Source: Balanoglossus misakiensis
Taxonomy: Eukaryota; Animalia; Hemichordata
Assembly: GCA_040954595.2 (NCBI GenBank)
Contig: CM082594.2
Span: 6,716,840 to 6,780,839 of the forward strand
Direction of reading: 5' to 3'
DNA length: 64,000 bases
Positions 13,301 to 23,600 of the stretch are shown piece after piece; within the stretch, counting starts at the first letter, position 1; each line of letters starts with the position of its first letter. A program made the translations under genes and the position numbers. A model generated the notes under the pieces. The model searched no databases, had not been told where the DNA came from, and saw nothing but the letters and a program-made list of their open reading frames with translations.

Positions 13301-15767
13301 ACAACTGTATCAACTCCAGAAGTGACTTCTGTGCAGTCTACAGAAACACAAGGCCCTACAACAACACTTGCTCCTGCAACAACATTGACTCCAGGGACAA
13401 CGGTAACTGTATCACCAGTAACAACTGTATCAACTCCAGAAGTGACTTCTGTGCAATCTACAGAAACACAAGGCCTCACAACACTACTTGCTCCTGGAAC
13501 AACATTGACTCCAGGGACAACAGTAACTGAAGCACCAGTAACAACTGTATCAACACCAAAAGTGACTTCTGTGCAGTCTACAGAAACACAAGGCCCTACA
13601 ACAACACTTGCTCCTGGAACAACATTGACTCCAGGGACAACAGTGACTGAATCACCAGTTACAACTGTATCAACACCAAAAGTGACTTCTGTGCAGTCTA
13701 CAGAAACACAAGGCCCTACAACAACACTTGCTCCTGCAACAACAGTGACTCCAGGAACAACAGTAACTGACGCACCAGTAACAACTGTATCAACACCAAA
13801 AGTGACTTCTGTGCAGTCTACAGAAACACAAGGCCCTACAACAACATTTGCTCCTTTAACAACAGTGACTGCAGGGACAACGGTAACTGTATCACCAGTA
13901 ACAACTGTATCAACACCAGAAGTGACTTCTGTGCAGTCTACTGAAACACAAGGCCCTACAACAACACTTGCTCCTGGAACATCAGTGACTCTGGGGACAA
14001 CAGTAACTGTATCACCAGTAACAACTGTATCAACTCCAGAAGTGACTTCTGTGCAGTCTACTGAAACACAAGGCCCTACAACAACACTTGCTCCTGGAAC
14101 AACATTGACTGCAGGGACAACAGCAACTGAAGCACCAGTAACAACTGTATCAACACCAAAAGTGACTTCTGTGCAGTCTACTGAAACACAAGGCCCTACA
14201 ACAACACTTGCTCCTGGAACTACAGTGACTCCAGGGACAACAATAACTGAAGCACCAGTAACAACTGTATCAACACCAAAAGTGACTTCTGTACAGTCTA
14301 CAGAAACACAAGGCCCTACAACAACACTTGCTCCTGGAACAACAGTGACTCAAGGGACAACAGTAACTGAAGCACCAGTAACAACTGTATCAACACCAAA
14401 AGTGACTTCTGTACAGTCTACAGAAACACAAGGCCCTACAACAACACTTGATCCTGGAACAACAGTGACTCCAGGGACAACAGTAACTGAAGCACCAGTA
14501 ACAACTGTATCAACACCACAAGTGACTTCGGTGCAGTCTACAGAAACACAAGGCCCTACAACAACACTTGCTCCTGCAACAACATTGACTGCAGGGACAA
14601 CAGTAACTGAAGCACCAGTAACAACTGTATCAACACCAAAAGTGACTTCTGTGCAGTCTACAGAGACACAAGGCCCTACAACAACACTTGCTCCTGGAAC
14701 AACAGTGACTCCAGGGACAACAGTAACTGAAGCACCAGTAACAACTGTATCAACACCAGAAGTGACTTCTGTGCAGTCGACAGAAACACAAGGCCCTACA
14801 ACAACACTTGCTCCTGCAACAACATTGACTCCAGGGACAACAGTGACTGAAGCACCAGTAACAACTGTATCAACACCAAAAGTGACTTCTGTGCAGTCTA
14901 CTGAAACACAAGGCCCTACAACAACACTTGCTCCTGGAACTACAGTGACTCCAGGGACAACAATAACTGAAGCACCAGTAACAACTGTATCAACACCAAA
15001 AGTGACTTCTGTACAGTCTACAGAAACACAAGGCCCTACAACAACACTTGCTCCTGGAACAACAGTGACTCAAGGGACAACAGTAACTGAAGCACCAGTA
15101 ACAACTGTATCAACACCAAAAGTGACTTCTGTACAGTCTACAGAAACACAAGGCCCTACAACAACACTTGATCCTGGAACAACAGTGACTCCAGGGACAA
15201 CAGTAACTGAAGCACCAGTAACAACTGTATCAACACCACAAGTGACTTCGGTGCAGTCTACAGAAACACAAGGCCCTACAACAACACTTGCTCCTGCAAC
15301 AACATTGACTGCAGGGACAACAGTAACTGAAGCACCAGTAACAACTGTATCAACACCAAAAGTGACTTCTGTGCAGTCTACAGAGACACAAGGCCCTACA
15401 ACAACACTTGCTCCTGGAACAACAGTGACTCCAGGGACAACAGTAACTGAAGCACCAGTAACAACTGTATCAACACCAGAAGTGACTTCTGTGCAGTCGA
15501 CAGAAACACAAGGCCCTACAACAACACTTGCTCCTGCAACAACATTGACTCCAGGGACAACAGTGACTGAAGCACCAGTAACAACTGTATCAACACCAAA
15601 AGTGACTTCTGTGCAGTCGACAGAAACACAAGGCCCTACAACAACACTTGCTCCTGGAACAACACTGACTCCAGGGACGACAGTAACTGAAACACCAGTA
15701 ACAACTGTAGCTCAAGTATCACTGGTGTCAACAACACAGTCACTGACATCGTTAAATACAGCCACAG
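4350..15767 (+). CDS. Giant mucin exon A (~3806 codons): short PVATS/PEVTT repeat followed by the 40-aa Thr-rich repeat
   Basis: gatgaaag|GT ACA ACT, homologous to the acceptor at 200. Donor GCC ACA G|gtaagc. No stop codon across 11.4 kb (ORF 4337..15790). Confidence 0.88.
4415..4672 (+). repeat. 15-bp coding repeat (PVATS/PEVTT/PDVTS), paralogous to 265-900
   Basis: Visible ccagttgccacatca / ccagaagttacaaca units. Confidence 0.9.
4673..15710 (+). repeat. 120-bp coding minisatellite array A, ~92 units
   Basis: Sequence lines repeat with period 120. One 9-bp in-frame deletion near 6322. Confidence 0.97.
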
Positions 15768-16669
15768 GTAAGCTACTTCAAAGACCCTAAGTAATATATT
15801 GAACAGTGCAGGTGTTTATTTAACATTTTCCAGTTGGTGAAAAGCAAATAAACTGGGACCCAACATCAAGACCATTGATGATTTTTCATTATTGAGGAAG
15901 ATGAGTTTATTCTTAATAGGTAGATTATAGACTGGTCATGAGAAATTATATACTAGGTAATCTTGTGTTATCAATATCTTGGTGCCACATTTTCAGAAAA
16001 ATTCTTTTAAACTTGATTATACAGATGATGTCTACTGTTGACAATTTTATTTCCTGTGATAATTGCCCATGTGTTCATGCCAATAGAATTTGCCAAAACA
16101 TTGTTTAGTTTTGATTATAGTCAACATTTTTGGTCTGAATTTTATGCAAGGCAGAATCCAAATACAAAAAAAATATTTTACCTTCAAACAACTGCAGTCA
16201 CGTAATGTGTGAAATAACTGCCTGCTCTTAATGTGCGAGTGATGGTCGATGTAGCTGGCATTGACAAGATTATGCCAACAAAGCATTAGGACCATCATGA
16301 CAAGATTGCTTTATACAATCACATACACTGCACTGCCACTCTTTCCACCTACGTGCGTTATTGCAGCGAGCCATCCTGCGTTTAGTTTATGCGTCTCTAC
16401 ACTTAGATGTGCAAAGCAAGCAGAAGATCAATTTCTCACTCATATATGAAGTTATTTATTACCCACTATTTTATTTATGCAAAATTTCGAACAAAAATGT
16501 CTCAGTGAGAAATTGAATATCTGCTTTTGCATAGCGTTGTGTGTGCATTTTGCATTTTGCGAATAGGAACATAGAGCGCTTCTGTAGTTAGCAGCATGAT
16601 ACCGTATTAGTGCACAGCGTTGTGTTGCCTTACACTCGTTCCAAAACACGTCGCTAAGTGTTTGCACAG

Positions 16670-16713
16670 TAATGGATAATCACCTTTTGCTCAAGTCGGT
16701 TGACTTTACTTGG
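16670..16713 (+). other. Candidate 44-nt frame-shifting (phase 1 to 0) exon, copy 1 (VMDNHLLLKSVDFTW)
   Basis: tttgcacag|TA ATG GAT … ACT TGG|gtaagt. Consensus donor, near-invariant in all three spacers, but the acceptor pyrimidine tract is weak. Confidence 0.5.
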
Positions 16714-17034
16714 GTAAGTACCAAAACATATATACATTTGTACTCTGCACAGTTTAGTTCTATGATGTGAATTTTAATTCAAGTACATGTAAATGGATAA
16801 TTAGATCATAGTATGATATTTATTGTCATCACAAAACTATTCATTGTATCCAATAGCAACTTAATTGGGAACTAAATACATATAAACTTAAAATGCAATA
16901 ACAGCAATATTTTGAAACTCATAATGCTCAGTAAGTATCAAGAAATTTAAAGAAATGTGTCTCCTGTTAATTGAAAATTATACCAATTCACATCAAAGTC
17001 ACAAGTAACACATTTTGACCACTTTATGTTTTAG

Positions 17035-17070
17035 GTTTATCAAAAACACTGACAGGTTCATCAATCTCAG
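17035..17070 (+). CDS. 36-nt microexon, copy 1 (GLSKTLTGSSIS)
   Basis: tatgttttag|GTTTATC … TCTCAG|gtaaat. Phase 1-1 and open. Length and splice sites are conserved in three copies. Confidence 0.7.
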
Positions 17071-17659
17071 GTAAATACACACCAACCACACGTATGTTCA
17101 TTCCAGTTGCTTCATGCAAAACAACAAGGGTGTAGATGGCATCAACAAGGCGGGAGGGTACCCCTTTGTTGATGGCAATCAGAAAACACTGACATGTAAC
17201 AAATTTCCTAGCTGTACCTAACAACAACTGAAACACATTTCATAACTCGTGGAATTTATGCTTCAGACCTGCTGAACCCACATACAGAATGTATGATAAG
17301 AATATTAGCAGTAAATAAAGATTTCATACCAAAATGTTACTAGACATACTGCACTCTCGGCTATTCTAAAGCTTGATAGCAAAATAAACGTGATGTCTAT
17401 ATTTCATTGACAAATAGCTCACAATGAATACACAGAATACAATTTTTACTATAAAAAAGGTATGAACATTCAATTCATGAGTATAGGCGAATTTATTCCT
17501 GATAAAATATGACATAACAATTTACTTAGGGAAACTTTACTGATTTAAAGAACACATTAGTTCTTAAATATCATATTTTACTGAAAGTATCCTTCAACAA
17601 CGCATTTTTATCATAAAATGTTTCCATCATAATATGTGGTTTCTCTTATATTTCAACAG

Positions 17660-20600
17660 TAACAGCAGCACCAGTAACACCTGAATCAACACCAGAAGTG
17701 ACTTCTGTGCAGTCGACAGAAACACAAGGACCTACAACAACACTTGCTCCTGGAACAACAGTGTCTCCAGGGACAACAGTAACTGAAGCACCAGTAACAA
17801 CTGTATCAACACCAAAAGTGACTTCTGTACAGTCTACCGAAACACAAGGCCCTACAACAACACTTGCTCCTGGAACAACATTGACTCCAGGGACAACAGT
17901 AACTGCAGCACCAGTAACAACTGTATCAACACCAAAAGTGTCTTCTGTGCAGTCGACAGAAACACCAGGACCTACAACAACACTTGTTCCTGGAACAAAA
18001 GTGACTCCAGGGACAACAGTAACTGAAGCACCAGTAACAACTGTATCAACACCAAAAGTGACTTCTGTGCAGTCTACAGAAACACAAGGCCCTACAACAA
18101 CACTTGGTCCGAGAACAACAGTGACTCCAGGGACAACAGTTACTCAAGCACCAGTAACAACTGTATCAACACCAAAAGTGACTTCTGTGCAGTCTACAGA
18201 AACACATGGCCCTACAACAACACTTGCTCCTGGAACAACAGTGTCTCCAGGGACAACAGTAACTGAAGCACCAGTAACAACTGTATCAACACCAAAAGTG
18301 ACTTCTGTGCAGTCTACAGAAACACAAGGCCCTACAACAACACTTGCTCCTGGAACAACATTGACTGCAGGGACAACAATAACTGAAGCACCAGTAACAA
18401 CTGTATCAACGCCAAAAGTGACTTCTGTGCAGTCGACAGAAACACAAGGCCCTACAACAACACTTGCTCCTGGAACAACAGTGACTCCGGGGACAACAGT
18501 AACTGAATCACCAGTAACAACTGTATCAACACCAAAAGTGACTTCTGTGCAGTCGACAGAAACACAAGGCCCTACAACAACACTTGCTCCTAGAACAAGA
18601 GTGACTCCAGGGACAACAGTTACTCAAGCACCAGTAACAACTGTATCAACACCAAAAGTGACTTCTGTGCAGTCGACAGAAACACAAGGCCCTACAACAA
18701 CACTTGCTCCTGCAACAACAGTGACTCCAGGGACAACAGTTACTCAAGCACCAGTAACAACTGTATCAACACCAAAAGTGACTTCTTTGCAGTCTACAGA
18801 AACAAAAGTTCCTACAACAACACTTGCTCCTGGAACAACAGTGACTCCAGGGACAACAATAACTGAAGAACCAGTAACAACTGTATCAACACCAAAAGTG
18901 ACTTCTGTGCAGTCTACAGAAACACAAGGCCCTACAACAACATTTGCTCCTGGAACAACAGTGACTCCAGGAACAACAGTAACTGAAGCACCAGTAACAA
19001 CTGTATCAACACCAGAAGTGACTTCTGTGCAGTCGACAGAAACACAAGGCCCTACTACAACATTTGCTCCTGGAACAACAGTGACTCCAGGAACAACAGT
19101 AACTGAAGCACCAGTAACAACTGTATCAACACCAGAAGTGACTTCTGTGCAGTCTACAGAAACACAAGGCCCTACTACAACATTTGCTCCTGGAACAACA
19201 GTGACTCCAGGAACAACAGTAACTGAAGCACCAGTAACAACTGTATCAACACCAGAAGTGACTTCTGTGCAGTCGACAGAAACACAAGGCCCTACAACAA
19301 CACTTGCTCCTGGAACAACAGTGACTCCAGGGACAACAGTAACTGAAGCACCAGTAACAACTGTATCAACACCAAAAATGACTTCTGTACAGTCGACAGA
19401 AACACAAGGCCCTACAACAACACTTGCTCCTAGAACAAGAGTGACTCCGGGGACAACAGTAACTGAAGCACCAGTAACAACTGTATCAGCACCAGAAGTG
19501 ACTTCTGTGCAGTCTACAGAAACACATGGCCCTACAACAACACTTGCTCCTGGAACAACAGTGACTCCAGGGACAACAGTAACTGAAGCACCAGTAACAA
19601 CTGTATCAACACCAAAAGTGACTTCTGTGCAGTCTACAGAAACACAAGGCCCTACAACAACACTTGCTCCTGGAACAACAGTGACTCCAGGGACAACATT
19701 AACTGAAGCACCAGTAACAACTGTATCAACACCAAAAGTGACTTCTGTGCAGTCGACAGAAACACAAGGCCCTACAACAACACTTGCTCCTGGAACAACA
19801 TTGACTCCAGGGACAACAGTAACTGAAGCACCAGTAACAACTGTATCAACACCAAAAGTGACTTCTGTGCAGTCGGCAGAAACACAAGGCCCTACAACAA
19901 CACTTGCTCCTGGAACAACATTGACTCCAGGGACAACAGTAACTGAAGCACCAGTAACAACTGTATCAAAACCAAAAGTGACTTCTGTGCAGTCGACAGA
20001 AACACAAGGCCCTACAACAACACTTGCTCCTGCAACAACAGTGACTCCAGGGACAACAGTTACTCAAGCACCAGTAACAACTGTATCAACACCAAAAGTG
20101 ACTTCTGTGCAGTCGACAGAAACACAAGGCCCTACAACATCACTTGCTCCTGGAACAACAGTGACTCCAGGGACAACAGTAACTGAAGCACCAGTAACAA
20201 CTGTATCAACACCAGAAGTGACTTCTGTGCAGTCTACTGAAACACAAGGCCCTACAACAACACTTGCTCCTGCAACAACAGTGACTCCAGGGACAACGGT
20301 AACTGTATCACCAGTAACAACTGTATCAACTCCAGAAGTGACTTCTGTGCAGTCTACAGAAACACAAGGCCCTACAACAACACTTGCTCCCGGAACAACA
20401 GTGACTCCAGGGACAACAGTAACTGAAGCACCAGTAACAACTGTATCAACACCAAAAGTGACTTCTGTGCAGTCGACAGAAACACAAGGCCCTACAACAA
20501 CACTTGCTCCTGCAACAACAGTGACTCCAGGGACAACAGTTACTCAAGCACCAGTAACAACTGTATCAACACCAAAAGTGACTTCTGTGCAGTCAACAGA

Positions 20601-23600
20601 AACACAAGGCCCTACAACAACACTTGCTCCTGGAACAACAGTGACTCCAGGGACAACAGTAACTGCAGCACCAGTAACATCTGTATCAACACCAAAAGTG
20701 ACTTCTGTGCAGTCTACAGAAACACATGGCCCTACAACAACACTTGCTCCTGGAACAACAGTGTCTCCAGGGACAACAGTAACTGAAGCACCAGTAACAA
20801 CTGTATCAACACCAAAAGTGTCTTCTGTGCAGTCGACAGAAACACCAGGACCTACAACAACACTTGTTCCTGGAACAAAAGTGACTCCAGGGACAACAGT
20901 AACTGAAGCACCAGTAACAACTGTATCAACACCAAAAGTGACTTCTGTGCAGTCTACAGAAACACAAGGCCCTACAACAACACTTGGTCCGAGAACAACA
21001 GTGACTCCAGGGACAACAGTTACTCAAGCACCAGTAACAACTGTATCAACACCAAAAGTGACTTCTGTGCAGTCTACAGAAACACATGGCCCTACAACAA
21101 CACTTGCTCCTGGAACAACAGTGTCTCCAGGGACAACAGTAACTGAAGCACCAGTAACAACTGTATCAACACCAAAAGTGACTTCTGTGCAGTCTACAGA
21201 AACACAAGGCCCTACAACAACACTTGCTCCTGGAACAACATTGACTGCAGGGACAACAATAACTGAAGCACCAGTAACAACTGTATCAACGCCAAAAGTG
21301 ACTTCTGTGCAGTCGACAGAAACACAAGGCCCTACAACAACACTTGCTCCTGGAACAACAGTGACTCCGGGGACAACAGTAACTGAATCACCAGTAACAA
21401 CTGTATCAACACCAAAAGTGACTTCTGTGCAGTCGACAGAAACACAAGGCCCTACAACAACACTTGCTCCTAGAACAAGAGTGACTCCAGGGACAACAGT
21501 TACTCAAGCACCAGTAACAACTGTATCAACACCAAAAGTGACTTCTGTGCAGTCGACAGAAACACAAGGCCCTACAACAACACTTGCTCCTGCAACAACA
21601 GTGACTCCAGGGACAACAGTTACTCAAGCACCAGTAACAACTGTATCAACACCAAAAGTGACTTCTTTGCAGTCTACAGAAACAAAAGTTCCTACAACAA
21701 CACTTGCTCCTGGAACAACAGTGACTCCAGGGACAACAATAACTGAAGAACCAGTAACAACTGTATCAACACCAAAAGTGACTTCTGTGCAGTCTACAGA
21801 AACACAAGGCCCTACAACAACATTTGCTCCTGGAACAACAGTGACTCCAGGAACAACAGTAACTGAAGCACCAGTAACAACTGTATCAACACCAGAAGTG
21901 ACTTCTGTGCAGTCGACAGAAACACAAGGCCCTACTACAACATTTGCTCCTGGAACAACAGTGACTCCAGGAACAACAGTAACTGAAGCACCAGTAACAA
22001 CTGTATCAACACCAGAAGTGACTTCTGTGCAGTCTACAGAAACACAAGGCCCTACTACAACATTTGCTCCTGGAACAACAGTGACTCCAGGAACAACAGT
22101 AACTGAAGCACCAGTAACAACTGTATCAACACCAGAAGTGACTTCTGTGCAGTCGACAGAAACACAAGGCCCTACAACAACACTTGCTCCTGGAACAACA
22201 GTGACTCCAGGGACAACAGTAACTGAAGCACCAGTAACAACTGTATCAACACCAAAAATGACTTCTGTACAGTCGACAGAAACACAAGGCCCTACAACAA
22301 CACTTGCTCCTAGAACAAGAGTGACTCCGGGGACAACAGTAACTGAAGCACCAGTAACAACTGTATCAGCACCAGAAGTGACTTCTGTGCAGTCTACAGA
22401 AACACATGGCCCTACAACAACACTTGCTCCTGGAACAACAGTGACTCCAGGGACAACAGTAACTGAAGCACCAGTAACAACTGTATCAACACCAAAAGTG
22501 ACTTCTGTGCAGTCTACAGAAACACAAGGCCCTACAACAACACTTGCTCCTGGAACAACAGTGACTCCAGGGACAACATTAACTGAAGCACCAGTAACAA
22601 CTGTATCAACACCAAAAGTGACTTCTGTGCAGTCGACAGAAACACAAGGCCCTACAACAACACTTGCTCCTGGAACAACATTGACTCCAGGGACAACAGT
22701 AACTGAAGCACCAGTAACAACTGTATCAACACCAAAAGTGACTTCTGTGCAGTCGGCAGAAACACAAGGCCCTACAACAACACTTGCTCCTGGAACAACA
22801 TTGACTCCAGGGACAACAGTAACTGAAGCACCAGTAACAACTGTATCAAAACCAAAAGTGACTTCTGTGCAGTCGACAGAAACACAAGGCCCTACAACAA
22901 CACTTGCTCCTGCAACAACAGTGACTCCAGGGACAACAGTTACTCAAGCACCAGTAACAACTGTATCAACACCAAAAGTGACTTCTGTGCAGTCGACAGA
23001 AACACAAGGCCCTACAACATCACTTGCTCCTGGAACAACAGTGACTCCAGGGACAACAGTAACTGAAGCACCAGTAACAACTGTATCAACACCAGAAGTG
23101 ACTTCTGTGCAGTCTACTGAAACACAAGGCCCTACAACAACACTTGCTCCTGCAACAACAGTGACTCCAGGGACAACGGTAACTGTATCACCAGTAACAA
23201 CTGTATCAACTCCAGAAGTGACTTCTGTGCAGTCTACAGAAACACAAGGCCCTACAACAACACTTGCTCCCGGAACAACAGTGACTCCAGGGACAACAGT
23301 AACTGAAGCACCAGTAACAACTGTATCAACACCAAAAGTGACTTCTGTGCAGTCGACAGAAACACAAGGCCCTACAACAACACTTGCTCCTGCAACAACA
23401 GTGACTCCAGGGACAACAGTTACTCAAGCACCAGTAACAACTGTATCAACACCAAAAGTGACTTCTGTGCAGTCAACAGAAACACAAGGCCCTACAACAA
23501 CACTTGCTCCTGGAACAACAGTGACTCCAGGGACAACAGTAACTGCAGCACCAGTAACATCTGTATCAACACCAAAAGTGACTTCTGTGCAGTCGACAGA

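Larger units (their letters stand above)
15768..17659 (+). repeat. Paralogous intronic spacer, copy 1
   Basis: Collinear shared blocks with 31526-33434 and 41628-43642, e.g. tttcctgtgata, gtgtgaaataactgc, ttatgccaacaaagcatta, gtgtttgcacagtaatggataatcaccttttgctcaagtcggttgactt. Confidence 0.92.

Noticed and set aside
16047-16298. Minus-strand ORFs MMVLMLCWHN… / …MMVIMLCWHN (42019..42231)
   Set aside because: A by-product of spacer homology: lengths differ, the ORF track shows none in spacer 2, and there is no recognisable domain.
16239-16302. SECIS element interpretation of the conserved hairpin
   Set aside because: The TGA pairs Watson-Crick with TCA instead of forming the sheared GA/GA quartet, and no in-frame TGA needs recoding.
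16452-16667. Similar minus-strand ORFs starting 'MQTL' in all three spacers (also 32388..32582 and 42584..42808), suggesting a nested antisense gene
   Set aside because: They start at GTG rather than ATG, and the copies are frameshifted relative to each other, so conservation is at nucleotide level only.
16612-16669. Hairpin gcacagcgttgtgtt…aacacgtcgctaagtgt followed by ACA, just before the 44-nt exon
   Set aside because: Copies 2 and 3 introduce a mismatch rather than compensation, no conserved H box was found, and the ACA is part of the acceptor cacag. Too weak to call.
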